In this document: positions 25,406 through 39,250 of the stretch, one piece after another
Position numbering within the stretch: position 1 is the stretch's first letter
Layout of the letters: each line of letters opens with the position of its first letter
Assembly: GCF_009834535.1 (NCBI RefSeq)
Contig: NC_045696.1
Location: 13,828,001 to 13,892,000, forward strand
Reading direction: 5' to 3'
Length of the DNA stretch: 64,000 bases
Origin: Camelus ferus
Lineage: Eukaryota
Made by a program: the position numbers and the translations under genes
Notes under the pieces: generated by a model
Database searches by the model: none
What the model saw: only the letters and a program-made list of their open reading frames with translations
Told to the model about the DNA's origin: nothing

Positions 25406-26147
25406 TTTTGAACGTCTGCTGTCATAAAGAGAAACATCTAATACACACACACAAAATCAATTTCCCTTCTTTTAGAACATATATAAATATAGATCCCATA
25501 CTTTGTAGCCTATTAGGGTGACATTCTCCTTCCTGTAAAAACCTTATTTATGCCCAACAATCATTCTTGTTTAATCTTAAGCCATTTTTTTACATATGGT
25601 CATTTTTAGCATAAAGAACAATTTCTCAGGATACCATTCATGAAAAGAAAAATATAGCTAGATTCCCCCCTTTAGGCCAAAAAAGTCTCACTTCTTTAAC
25701 TTTTATCCATGAGATATATTTATATTCATTCTCATGTAGTTTCTTTTCTTTTGTTTTTCAAGTAAACCAAGTATCAATACTCTACAAAAGGGCTCTTAAA
25801 TCTGAAAGGAATGTAACCTTTCAGCTAACAAATATTTACTTCCCTGTTAATACAATCCAGAATGATACTGCCATTGTAAGCGTCTATGTATTTGCTGTGT
25901 GGTCATCTACATCCTTGAAATTTTTTTCTCTTCATTTTCGTAAAAGTCTCTATTCAACACATCAAACATATCACAAGTATCAAAAACTGATAAGCAATTA
26001 TGATGTAAGTATATGTTTACTCTTAAGAATACTTTGATGAAGCTTACCTAAGCAACACCTCCATAAAAAAGTGTCCAATAAATCTTAAAGGTTAAAACAT
26101 GGCATGCTCATGTGGAATATACACATACTTCTCACAGGTAATATACC

Positions 26148-26887
26148 CATGAATGGACCTGGAGCATCTTTGAATGCCAAAAAGTAAGGAGTGCTCAAAA
26201 ACAAAAGTAAATTAAACAGCTATGAAGATATGTCAAAGAGACCCAGGAGCTTGCAGAAAGCACTCTTAATGACTCAAACTGGAATGATTCAAGCAACAAA
26301 ATAAATAAGATAATATTAGATTATATCCCAAAGTATAAAATATATAGCCATGTGTCCACACTGATATAAATAAATCACTGTATAAATAATAAGTAGGGGA
26401 AAGTAGACAAATCTTCTATGCAGAAGGATTCCAAACAATGCCTGTAAATGTTTCTCCCTTGAAAAATTACATAACTTTCACTTAAGTAAGGACTATACAC
26501 AGTGGCTTCCTTTCAAAAGCACAGTTACAGGTGAGGGAAAACAAATCCTATACAGCAAGAAATTCTGACAAACACTATCTCAGCCAAGTGATCAAGGTTA
26601 ACATGAATAATGATAAGTCATGTTGATGGCATTACTCTTGACATAGAACATTACTCCAATGGTGTTTCTCCTTAAAACCCATAAGCCAAGTCAAATCCTA
26701 TAAAAATATCATGCAGATTCAAATTGAGGACATTCTACAAAATTCCTGAGTAGTACTCCTCAGAACTGTCAAAAGAATCAAAAATAAACAAACAAAATTT
26801 TTTAGAAAGTGTCACAGTCAAGAGTAGCCGAAGGAGATATGACAACTAAATACACTGTGATACCCTGAATGGGATCCTGGAACAGAA
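26148..26887 (+). mobile_element. Old L1MC-type 3' UTR, left part, interrupted by a younger L1
   Basis: cagccaagtgatcaaggttaacat...ttgaggacattctacaaaat...gacaactaaa...tgggatcctggaacagaaaa. It continues at 27789. Confidence 0.7.
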
Positions 26888-26901
26888 AAAGAACATTAAG
26901 T

Positions 26902-27774
26902 TCATTTGTATCATATTTTAGATTCCACATATAAGTGATATATAGTATTTGTCTTTCTGTGTCTGACTTACTTCACTTAGTATGACAATCTCTAGGTCCA
27001 TCTATATTGTTGCAAATTACATGATTTCACTCTTTTTATGGCTGATTAGTATCTTATTGTATACATAAACCACAACTTCTTTATCCAATCATCTGTTGAT
27101 GGACATTTAGGTTGCTTCCATGTCTTGGCTATTGTAAATAGTGCTGCCATGAACAATGTGGTGCATGTATCTTTTCAAATTAGAGTTTTCTCCAGATATA
27201 TGCCCAGGAATGGGATTACTGGATCATACAGACACTCTATTTTTAGTTTTTAAAAGAACCTCCATACTGTTTTCCATAGTAGCTGTACCAGTTTACATTC
27301 CCATCAAGAGTGTAGGAGGGTTCCCTTTTCTCCACATTCTCTACAGCATTTATTGTTTGTGGACTTTTTAATAATGGACATTCTGACCAGTGTGAGGTAA
27401 TACCGCACTGTAGTTTTGATTTGCATGCCTCTAATATTTAATCTAAAACATGATACAAATCAACTTATTTACAAAACAGAAACAGGTTCACAGACATAGA
27501 AAACATACTTATGGTTATCAAAGAAGAAAAGGGGATGGAGAGGGATAAATTAGGAGTTTGGAATTAGAAGATACAACTTACTCTGTATAAAGTAGATAAA
27601 TAACAAGGTCCTACTGTAGAGCCCAGGGAACTATATTCATTATCTTGTAATAAACCCTAATGGAAGATAATATGAAAAAGAAAAAATATATATATATATA
27701 ACTGAATCAGTTTTGCTGTACCCCAGATACAGAAACTAACACAGCATTGTAAATCAACTATACTTCAATTTAAG
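26902..27774. mobile_element. Younger L1 with 5' inversion (twin priming)
   Basis: Antisense L1 at about 26902-27436 joined to a sense L1 3' end at about 27440-27772. TSD aaagaa(c/t)attaagt at 26888-26901 and 27775-27788. Confidence 0.85.
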
Positions 27775-27788
27775 AAAGAATATTAAGT

Positions 27789-27992
27789 AAAACTAAGGAA
27801 GTCTGAACAGAGGATGGCGTTTAGTTCATAATAATAAGTCAACATTGGTTCATTAATTGTGAAAAATGCAGATATCAATGCAAGCTGTTATTAATGGGGA
27901 AACTAGATGTGGAATATATAGAACTCTCTGTACTACCTTTATAACTTCTCTGTAAATCTAAACTAATCCTAAAATAAAAGATTTATTTAAAA
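27789..27992 (+). mobile_element. Old L1MC-type 3' UTR, right part and terminus
   Basis: aaactaaggaagtctgaa...ttggttcattaattgtga...gaactctctgtacta...ctgtaaatctaaact...aaataaaag. Confidence 0.75.
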
Positions 27993-29801
27993 CGTATATT
28001 AATGAGCTAAATTATTGAAAGAGATTTGTTTATTTCATATCTTCATCAGTTTACACCACTGGTTATTGGGACTTGACTTCTTTTGTCACATAAACTACCA
28101 GTTACTAACTTACATTTTGGTAGCATTCAGATACCGGTCTAAAACACTTGATCGTATTTACCTCGTTTCATTTTTGATGCAGCTTTCTGAGGCCAGAAGG
28201 TTTGCTTTCCTGATCAAAAGATAACTTTCAAAATGTACTCAATGTAGCCATGTCACAGAATTATTAAAAAGTGGGGCTGAGTCTATAAGCCAGCTCTTGT
28301 GACATCTTGCCCAGCATTTTTTGGTATTTACTTTAAGAAAAACTAAGCCATTGCAAAAGACGATTTATTCTTCCTTTGATTATGGACAGAGAGCAAAAAA
28401 AAAATGTTACCATACTGCTTTTAAATGCTAAATAGCACCACTGTAGCCTGAGAAATCAATGATGATAATATACTTTCCTAGGTGACTCTTCCATATGTCA
28501 CTCTGCTCACCCTCTGCTAATGAGAGCAGGGCAATTGATTGTAGCTTTTTTTATACTTTATTTCTCAGGAGATGAAGCCAATCCAGCGGGCTTCATGGTG
28601 AAAATCCCTGTTATTAATTTCCTAACATAGCACCAAGCAGTATCCAAGCGGAGAAGAATTTAACATTTGTGACAATTCAGTGGCTCTGTTTGTGATGAAT
28701 AAACAGTACATGTAACCATGTCACCGGTAGATGTATTTCAGTGTCTTCATGAGTTTTGGAAGCTATTACTTCAAAAGACACATGATTTTCTGCTTTTTAG
28801 CTGATTATAGAAAACCAATACATTACCAGAAATTCTAAATGATACTCTTGTGACATTACTCTTACCAACTCATGTGACTAATTTACCAGTACTACTGAAT
28901 AAAGCACTGAGAATAATTTAACCATTGTACACAATATGCATCTCTGTCAAGTTGTTTTCCTATTTAAACTCCCAGAGTGCATACTTTTCGGTAACTGGTA
29001 CCATTAATATTTCTATAATACCATTTTGAAAATAACTTTAGCATATTTTTCTCAGTTGCAGAAGAGTTGATGGAATTTCAACACACACTAATTTATGATG
29101 AGGGACTGACTCACACATACATTTTACTCGACAGTCACTGAGAGCTTTCCCACATCTACACCCCACCAGGTTTACTGGGCAGTTTTTATGCTTTTAATTA
29201 TAGTGGCCACTTGAAAACTCAACGACAAGATTACACAAGTTTAATTACCTGCCATCGCTGAGAGCCATGATAAGGAAGAATAAGCCCCAAGTACCGTCCT
29301 GCTCACTGGGAGCCTGGGAGCCACCACTGAATGAGGTTTAATTCTTTCTAGCCCTATGCCCGTGGAAGCCTCAGAATCAGGGCTTGAGAGTGGCTTTAAT
29401 CAGTGTAGTTCATAAATGATTAAAAAAAAGTTTTATAACCAACACCAACATCCAGAAGGACCCATAGAAAATATTACAACATGGTACATGGCACAATTTT
29501 TTGAAAGTTAATAAATACTTGCTAAGTGAATCAATGAAGAATTCAAAAAATCACTCAGCTTACATTTGCCATTATTTATCAAGTGGATAGAGCTCTCTCA
29601 TTAATTAAAAATACTGTAAGCTCCCTATAATAAACTAAAAAACAATGTAACAGAAGCCATATTTGCAGCACTTGGAAAAGCACGCTTATTAGGGGTTAGA
29701 GCAAGCATTAGCTCATATGCTGGAAGACGTATGAACAAAAACTCAGTTAAAGATGATGTTGTCCAGGAGCACCTTGAAACAACTAGTACAGAAAAAGTCT
29801 T

Positions 29802-29852
29802 TCTCTCTCTCTCTCTCTGTCTCTGTCTCTCTCTCTCTGTCTCTCTCTGTCT
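29802..29852. repeat. (CT)n/(CTGT) microsatellite
   Basis: Seen directly. Confidence 0.95.
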
Positions 29853-29954
29853 ACTGATCTTCCTATCTTTGGAAGAGTTTTACAAGAAATAACAGATGGA
29901 GAGACATTTTTAGCCAGAACTCTCAATCCTAATATTGATTCTACTTAATCAAAC

Positions 29955-30549
29955 TTATTGGAAGATGAATAATGCCAGGTGCTCCAGAGAGGATACAAGC
30001 ATCAGAAATTACCTGATACATGAGGCAGAGGTCTAAAGTTACTGGACCATAAGCTTAGTGTTTGGCCTCTGCTATACACCTAGTCAGTGACTGCAGCAAC
30101 AGGAATCATAGGTCAAAGGGAATCCACTACCAGACGTATATTTGAGGGGCTAGAAGACATAGAAGAGGAAGGTCGGGGAGTGGCAGCTGTCAACCTTGGG
30201 AATTTTCAGCATCTGGCATATGTTGGTGGATGAGCACCAGAAGCACAGGCTAGAGCAGGAATGAAGTCAGTTTCTGCAGAGTCTGGACATGGGCAATCAG
30301 GAGAAAGGTATCAGTAGGTTCCACAGCTTCTGGGCCCACAGCTGGCTGGTTGGCAGCTGGTGGTGGGTGCACCACAGTGCTCTCAGCAGTGGTCCAGGAG
30401 CCAGGCTGGCAACCACTCATTAAGCAGAGGTCACCTCCACAGATCACTCCTCCAGAGCAGAGAACAACAGATAAGGAGAAAGGAGCATAGCAATGACTTC
30501 CCAAAGAGCAGGGGCTGTCATTTCCAGAGTGGTGGTGGTTGAAAGACAT
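29955..30549 (-). pseudogene. Unnamed PMG-type KRTAP pseudogene (KRTAP24/25/26-like)
   Basis: ATG at 30549: MSFNHHHSGNDSPCSLGSHCYAPFSLSVVLCSGGVICGGDLCLMSGCQ. After a frameshift at about 30405: WLLDHC*EHCGAPTTSCQPASCGPRSCGTY*. Later come decayed repeats DSCHSPTFLFYVF*PLKYTSGS and SNFRPLPHVSGNF*. Parallels the KRTAP26-1 N-terminus in this window. Confidence 0.8.
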
Positions 30550-30634
30550 GAAGTTCACAGTTTCAGAAGAGTGATGGAAACTTTCTCAAATTTGACTTTC
30601 TCAAGTGCAACTGTCTCCTTCTTGGTACATGCTC

Positions 30635-30768
30635 TTTATGATCTTATTGCTTCCTGGCAGTTCCATACACATACTCACATGTCTTGCTGATTTTTTTTTT
30701 CACCTGATGGCATTTTATTAATAGTTGTTTAGATGCCAATGAAAATATCCTCCAACCTTCTCATAAAA
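30635..30768 (-). promoter_or_regulatory. Degenerate promoter of the 30-kb relic
   Basis: CATAAA (TATA variant) at 30635-30640 and TTTTATGA at 30761-30768, spaced as in the intact paralogs. Confidence 0.45.
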
Positions 30769-33700
30769 TTTAACCTGTACTTTTCAAACACTCCTGTCCC
30801 AGACACTGACCTTCTTTCCTATTGCTTCCAGCAAAGTATGAGGGTCATAAGTAGCTGGCATGGAATTCCTTCTCCAGGATATGGTGCAAAAGGGGAGGAA
30901 GAACATAATAAGTGTTCTTATCCATAAGTTGTGGGTACAACACACCAAAGAATAGGCTAGTAGCTCATGAAGCAAGAATGAAGTTTTCTGACCTGGAAGT
31001 CTTTACAATTTTGGTTGTCAGCAAAATGGGAAAAATATACACAAGTGGTGGGGTTTTATAAACTGAACCTTTCAAAATAAATTATTGCGTTTACTCTAAA
31101 ATTATATCCAGATTATACCTACATGTTAATTTTCCCATTAAAAATAATCCTGAGTAAAATTCAGATTAATTGGAATACTCACCACTTGAGGTATAGTGGT
31201 TTCCAAAAACCTGAGAGCTTTGGCAAATGTTTTGTTTCCCATAACAAAAGATTTGTTTAGAGGCTGCTCATCTTTCTGTTTTAATCCTATTCAGTTTATC
31301 ATTTTATAAAAACATTCTAACCTAATCACATCACAATACATTTTGAAGGCTTTTTGATACGTGTTTCCAAATTCACACTGTTAGTACAGTGAGTGAGACC
31401 TCACCAAAACCTCAGCAACACTGGATATTGTCACCATTACTTAATTTTGCCAATTTGATATGGAAAATAACAGTTTATCATTAATCTAAAATGCATTTTT
31501 AGATGACTGGTGAGGTTTCCTGTTTTGGTATATTTTAATTAATTGTTTAGCTTTCTAGTTTTTAAGTCCTGATGGTTAATTGTAACATAATTTGTTAAGA
31601 ACATTTCATACGATGAGATTTTATTCTAAGAATCCAGAAAAATATAAGCATCTAAAAAGGATAGTTTAGACTGACTCTTTATTGCCAAACAAAACTCTAC
31701 TTTGAAAAATACGGTGAGTTTTTAGAGAAAAAAATAAAGCAGATTGCTGGACTTAACACTGGTAGGCTCATATTAAGAGAGTTGTAGATGGACCCAAGAA
31801 TGTGGTTTACTTTGCAGATGTCTACAAAGCCTGGATAGGGATCCACTGCACAAGAAAATCCCTTAGGCATCCACCGAATCTCAAAGTCACTGACTAGCTG
31901 TCCCTACATAAAATGAAAACAATCTTACTGCATTCCAGAAGTTCTTAAGACAGAAACTCTTGAAAAAAGCCCATTGCCATGCAACTTTCTGCAAATTTTA
32001 TCTTTTCCAGAAAATACTTCCCAACTCCAAACACAGATCAAATTGCTTTGACATTTGGTGAATAGATTGCAGAGTAACACGTTGGACTGAAGCTTTATTA
32101 GGATTCTGCTTTCAGATGCCAAAACATTCACCTGGTAACTAAACTTCCTGTTTAGAGTTATGCAAATAAACTGTGGTCATCACCTAGGCTCGTGCCCAGC
32201 AGATAATAACAACTCAGAAATATTTGTTGAGTAAATGATATTGTATGAACATATTTGGAGATACAATTTTAAACAAAGATATGAAACTGTAGTTTCACCT
32301 ACCTAATTTCAGATTCTACGCCTGGGAGATCGTTTTTGCTCTTTCTCAAGTCCTTCCTATCTTTGTCTTTCTCCTTCTTTTCCACCCTCTCCCCACACAA
32401 CTAGAAAATAATAGAATTGCTGTGAGTTACTACACTGGTTCATCCTGATAATAAATAGAGTAATAGAGAATAGATTTTTCTACAAGAAACAAGACATCAA
32501 GTATGCTTTAAAATATAGCAGCTTTTTCGCCTTGCAGTCAAGAAAGTTCTACAACCAATTCATAAATTTGTATTACAGATATTTCTTGCAGGTCATCATC
32601 GCCTCCAGAGATGTGGCTTGTGCTGACTTGACAATACCAGATATTTATCAACCAATAAGAATTCATAAAGAAAAGGGAAAGTACTCTTCTATTTTAATGG
32701 AGAATGAAGGCTCATGAATACAACTGCTGTTAGCACAGACAGAAACAGGCAATGTGTTATGTGTGGGCCACATTATGTTTCCTTGTGTGTTCTTTCTTTT
32801 CCACTACGTAGTTAGATCTGACAATGATCTGTTTACTTTGGGAAACAGAGATGGTTGGTACTTGCATATGGAATTAAAAAGACTAGAAAGATGGAGAGAC
32901 AGCAAAATATTTTGTGTGACCTCTCAGGTGGCCCCTGAAACCATTGACCTCAAGTGCCTAGACAAAGCTAAATTGCTCCTCTGAAGGTTCTGTGCACAAT
33001 TCCATTTCTTTGGATCATGGAAATAAAAAGACTTTTAACATTTTCAGTAAGGCTCTGGTTTGAATTCACAAGAAAACCTAGTCCATGGTTGATTTTCCTT
33101 ACTTAAGTATGTCCTGTAGTGCAATCTTTATAATCATTCCTTTAATTTCAAAATAACTGCCACAAGATGCAAATAATCAAAGAATCAAATTTATTATTTT
33201 GAGATTTTTTTTTGAGAGAATAGTAGACAATTGTGGAGGAAATACAGAACCAAGACACCTGTGATCCAGTACTCACTAGGAGTTAGGAAACTTTGCAAGC
33301 TCATGTCTATGGTCAGCTGACTAGAGTCAAACAGATACATCAAACATGATAAGAAACTTGTGCATATGGAATTAGGAGCTTCTAAAACTGAATGTTCTAT
33401 TGCTCTCAATTTTCCTATAGGCCTATTTTCTAGAATCATTTGAATGCAAAAGTCTCTGTTCAAAAAACATGTTACATTTTGCTAGATAATTTGACATACA
33501 CATTGTGGTAGAGCTGATCAGTGTGGCTATAATTAAGAAAGCAAAACAAAAACTATTCCATATTGCACTTGTCCACAGGTCAAATTTTACAAGTTTGACA
33601 CTATTATGTGTTCTGAAATAAGGCATTAAATAGTCATAAGGTGTTGATTATTAACTTCCCGTTTAGATGAATTTACATGAGACTTTAAGAAATTTTCTAA

Positions 33701-34693
33701 TAGGATTAGATTTTTGAAGGAATCATAAAGATTAATGATCCTATAACTAGATTAAATTACCATAGAAAGTATGTTTGGATTTGTTTTCTAATACTGAAAA
33801 ATCCCAGCATCTGATTGAAACATCTGTATACCAGAAGTCCAATTTGCAGCATTGTTTCTCTACATTCAACTGAGGGACTTTCATTAGAACGACTTGTTTG
33901 ACACTACACTGTCTACACAGAAATACCGTTCGTCACTCCCCCCGTTGGTATATGATCCTGGAGGATTTTCTGTATTCATCCTGCAGTCTCTCACTGGCAG
34001 CATTGTTTATGCATGACACATTATATAGGTTCCTTCTGGGCAGTAAACTGCCTTCTCCTGACATCCTGGAATGTCAGATGTCACATAAAGGGCACTCAGC
34101 CACTTGGAAAAGATCATTGTTTTCCACAATATAAAAATATTAGAGGGCACATAGGACCCACAGGATTTTTCCTAATTAACCCTATTCAAAAAGGCAATTG
34201 CTAGATACTTCACAGTATAATTAACCTCACGTATTTTGTAAGCAGATCTTTAGTTTTTATTTTTAGATATTTCCCAGCACAGGTCAGATAAGTAGGACAT
34301 AAAGCAACCTGCTTTCATTTCACTGCACAACCCAAACTTTGAGAATCTATATGCACAATAAAAAATAGAAAATGATCCTGGTGAACACACTAGCAATAAT
34401 GACATAAACATGACAAAAGAGTGCATTTAAATATGCTGAGCAAGTTCTATACAAAAAAGTAACTCAATCATTAAAAAGGAGCAGAGCTATACAAATAATT
34501 TGAGAAGAGAAAAGTCCTTGGACCTTGAACAAGGTCAAGCAAATATTTAGTCACTCTCATGATAAATATGTCAGAACAGTTGCAGAATTAAAAATATTTT
34601 CTTTTAGTTATTTCTTTTGAAGCTTATAATTAGGGTTACTTTGACATCTCAATGTATACTTTTTGTGATTTGTTAACCTTCAAAAAATGAGCA

Positions 34694-35088
34694 TTCTAAG
34701 TGAAGTAAGCCAGAAAGAGAAAGAAAAATACTATATGGTATCACTTATACGTGGAATCTTAAAAAAAGAAAGGACAAACTTATTTATAAAATAGAAGCAG
34801 ACTGATAGACATAGAAAACAAACTCATGGGTACCAGGTGGGGAAGGTGGTAGGAAGAGATAAATTGGGAGTTCGAGATTTGCAGATACTAACTAATATAT
34901 ATACAATAGATAAATAATAAGTTTATACTGTATAGCACATGGAACCATATTCAATATCTTGTAGTAACTTACGCGAAAAAGAATATGAACAGGAATATAT
35001 GTATGTTCATGTATGACTGAAGTATTGTACTGTACCCCAGAAATTGACACAACATTATAAACTGATTATACTTCAATAAAAATATATT
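34694..35088 (+). mobile_element. 5'-truncated L1 3' end with 12-bp TSD
   Basis: ctaagtgaagtaagccagaaagagaaagaaaaatac...tatacttcaataaa. TSD aaaaaatgagca at 34682-34693 and 35089-35100. Confidence 0.9.
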
Positions 35089-35859
35089 AAAAAATGAGCA
35101 AGATGTTTGTAAGGTATTGGTTGAGTAGCTTTCTACTGAAGGTTGATAACCAGGACGGTCAAAAATGGAAGATGTTGGACATGCAAGAGAAAAGTAATCA
35201 TATGTCTTAATTTGGCTAGGAAGGGCATCTCCGTATCTTGTACTATTATCTCAAATTTACTATGCTTCTGGTTTCTATTGGTTTAAGAGTTACACATATT
35301 ATATATTCTTCTGTCCTTTGGAGCTATCTCAAATTTCAAGCTCTGCTGTTCTGTTCTTACTCAGCTGATGAAATAAATGCATGAATAAGAGTAACAGATG
35401 ATGTTAAAACACCTAGAGGAAAATATTTTTGTTTATCCCTCAATGGCTGCTGACACATTCCATGAAGCAAAAATTCTTAACCAGACCCCTCACTCCTCCT
35501 TAGAGGTGTGTACCTTAAAAAAACCTTAGGTCAGACCTGGAGTCACTCCAGTGAAACCTTAGATTAATGACCGATTAACAAATACTAAAACAAAATACAG
35601 CCACAAATTATTTTTGAAGATCGTGTTGTGAGAGAATCAGTCTTCTGCAATCTGAACCACCTTGGGTCTTACTGCCTCAGCAAGGTGCTGTGATTCATGG
35701 TAAGTATAGATTCATCTCTAATTGGACGCCCATCTGGCTGTATTTACTCTATTTTTGGAAAACCACCACTGTTTGTTAAACACATTTTAAACATACTTGA
35801 GAGAGCTGATGACCCAGTTGCTGGCAACAATGTCTAATCTACTGAATATATTGATCAGT

Positions 35860-36290
35860 TCTGTACTACTCTCAACTTCCTCACTGCCTTCCACCCACAT
35901 GAGTCTCCTCTTGTTCTGAAGAGTCGCCATGTCTGTGTCTTTGATCTTGTTCTTCCTGCCTAGAACACACCTGCCTCAACAGGGTGCCCTCGTCCTAACC
36001 CTTCTAGCTGCAGTTCCTATGTCATCCTTTAAAGGACAAAATGCTTCTGACCTTGTAGAAAGTAGATCTCTCCTCCTGTTTATAATACTACTTCCCTCCC
36101 TTTATTCTGCCTTATACACTCCAATGTTATCATATCTGTATCAGTGTTTCCAGTTTATCTTGTCACTCCTGCAGATAGCGTGTCAGCTCCATAAAGGAAG
36201 GGATACTGTCTTAGTTACCACTGTATCTCCAACACCCTTTACACAAGTTGGCACATAATAGAAATTCCTTATTATTTACTGAACAATTAT
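35860..36290 (+). mobile_element. L2 3' fragment
   Basis: tgtcagctccataaaggaaggga...ctgtatctccaaca...ggcacataatag...ttactgaa. Confidence 0.6.
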
Positions 36291-36559
36291 GCACACTGAA
36301 ATAACTTTGAATTATACAAATGTGTTAATCAAATGGTACACTGAAACATTTATTGAGTTGTAAATCTGAAATAGTTCTTTTATTTAAATAGGTTTTCTCA
36401 AACATTTCAGGGAATATATTTTTTTAAAGGCAAGAGACCAGTGTAGTGATTTAAATGATGAAGGGAGCCATGACTAAGTAGTCGTATTACTGTGTACATT
36501 TCTTTTGGATCAATTAAGGATAAGGGAAATTAGAGAGTCTATTTCTCCACTGTCCAGCC

Positions 36560-37290
36560 TATCTTTATTAGGAGCTGAGCTTCTGACATAAATAATTTCC
36601 TTCTTGCTGAAGAATTTCTAGCATTCTTTGCAGGAATCTTCTGTTAGCAATCAATTTCCCAGGTTTTGTTTGCCTGAGAAAATCTTTATTCTCTTTCACT
36701 TCTGAGATCAATTCTGTTGGATATAGGCGTTTAGGTGAGTGGAGTTTTTTTGTTTGTTTTCTTTCAACAATTACAAGTATGTTATACCTATTGAAATTGT
36801 CCCTCAGTCCTTGGATGCTCCATTCTGTTTTTTTGTTTTGTTTTGTTTTGTTTGTTTGCTTGTTTTCTGTTCTATTTCTCTTTGCATTTCAGTTTGGGAA
36901 GTTTCTATTGACCTATCTTTAAGCTCACTGATTCTTTCCTTGGCCATGTCTTGTCTACTAAGGTAATCAAAGACATTCTTCATTTCTATTATAGTTTTTT
37001 TTTTATTCTAGTCTTTTAAATTCTTTCTTCAAATTTCTATCTCTGTGCTTGCATTAGCCATGTGTTGTTGTATGTTGTCTACCTTTTCCATTGGAGCTCT
37101 GAACCTAATAATCAGAGTTATTTTAATTTATCTGTCTCATAATTCCAACATCTATGTCATATCTGAATCTAATTTTGATGCTTATTTTTTCTCTAGGGAG
37201 CACATTTGTTATTGCCTTTTGGTGTGGTGCATAACTTTGTTGAAAATCAGACATGTGTAGGGTAATAGGAACTGAGGTAAATAGGCCAGG
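36560..37290 (-). mobile_element. Old L1M fragment
   Basis: ctttgcatttcagtttgggaagtttctattgacctatctttaagctcactgattctttcctt is a typical antisense L1M segment. Confidence 0.65.
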
Positions 37291-37989
37291 GTTAATCACA
37301 ATCAACACATTAGTGCTTTGATATTAATTAAAAAATTAAATTTTGTTGTGAAAAAAGAGCTTAAATACCTATTTTCCGCTTATTTTAGCCATAAGAAATA
37401 TACCTATGAAGCTAGAAGTCAATAAATATCAACTAATATATTGATCTGGAATAAACTGACTAAACTAAATAAATTTTTGTACTATAATCATAATATAGTG
37501 TGCTAGAGAAACACAGACTTTGAGAAAACTTGGAAATAAATCTCAGATAGTAATTTACAATCTATGATCTTAGCTGAATTAGGATCAATTATCACCACCT
37601 TCTGGATATTAAGGTAATTAAATTAATTAAATAAGAAACATGATCCATAATTGGCAAAACAAAATTATCACATGTGGGCTAATGTATAAATGTTAATAGC
37701 ATATAGAATTTCCCTAAATTTCCAGCTCTTAGAATTCTGAACTATGGGGAGATGAGAAGTGAATTCTTTTCTCTAGCCCACCTTAAGACAACAACATGGA
37801 ATAAAATTTCAAAGGGGGAAAAATGCACCATGTAGAATTTCTTGTCAGTACTATCCTAAATCTAAATACCACTTTCCCTAAATTTCACAACCATCTGACC
37901 GAAAATCTAATTTACTTAAATTCAAATCAACAAACATTTCCAGAAAACCTGGTCATATATTGACCAAAGGCAGCCTTCAAAGAGCTTCA

Positions 37990-39250
37990 AGTCTGGAGAA
38001 AAGTTCAGAAATGCAAATAAAACAATGAAAAATCAAGCACAATATTGATGTAAGAATAGCCAAATACTGAATAGAACAGAATGAAGAGTCTAGGTATTGA
38101 CACATCCATTTTATACTTACTTGATTCATGTACCAAGAGCACTGAACTGTATTGCAGTAGAAAAAGGAGTAACTTTTCCTAGTACTGGATCTCCTGGAAT
38201 TTTGGCCCCTAGTACATAACACACTCACACTCACTCACACACTCACACACACACACACACTCACATCAATTTTACATTGATGGTATACTTAAATGTTGAA
38301 GAGAAGACAAAAAAGTTTTCTGAAGTTACCATATAGTATCTTCATTAATTTCCTTAAAAAAGACAAAAAAAGTACTAACCATAAATAAAAGATTGATAAT
38401 TGGGCTTAAGTAAGGAACTTGTGTCAACCTAAAGATATCATTACATGAAAAAGCAGGCAGTGACATGGAAGAAGATACTCAAAAATATATATGTTTATAT
38501 ATATACCCAACGAAGAGCTAATGTATGCACTACATAAGGAATTCTTTCTATCCTAAAAAAAAAGACATACCAAATAAAAACATAGCCTAGGAACCTGAAT
38601 GGCTACTTTTTCATTTAAAAAAAAAAGTGATGTTCAAATGGTTAGGAAGCATTTAAAAAATTTTCTCAACCTGATGAATCATCGAAATTCCAAATCAAAC
38701 CAACATTTGTTATAACTATATACTCACTAGAATAGCTAAACTTAAAACGACTGACAATTATAAATATTGATAAGGATGCAAGAAAAACTGGAATTTGTAT
38801 GCTCTTGATAGCAGAAATCAATATTGGTATAACAATAGGGCATAACTTTGTTGTGGCATAAAATAAAGCTGAACAGAAACGTTTCATACAATTTGCCAAC
38901 TCTACTCATATTACCCAATAGAAATATCTCCATTTACACATAAAAGATAAGTACAAGAACAGAAGAGTATTTTATACATCATTTCTAATAAAGCCAAACT
39001 GGAAACAACCCTTCTGATCAGCAATAGCAGAATGGATAAATATATTTTGTTGTTTTAGTATCTTAACTATTACACATAAAGGATAATAAACAGACTACTG
39101 GTGTATATATAACAACCAGGAAGAATCTCACAAACACAATATTTAGTTTAAACAAGCCCAAGACAAATGGGCAGATATGATATAATTTCATTTTAAAGTT
39201 CAAGAGCAGGCAGAACTAAGATTAGATGTTAGAGTAGTAGTGGCTACTTC
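37990..39250 (+). mobile_element. Old L1M(E)-type ORF2 end and 3' UTR, degraded
   Basis: atagaacagaat..., ctagaatagctaaacttaaaacgactgacaat...aaactggaaacaaccc...agaatggataaata...aatctcacaaacacaatatt. Confidence 0.6.
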
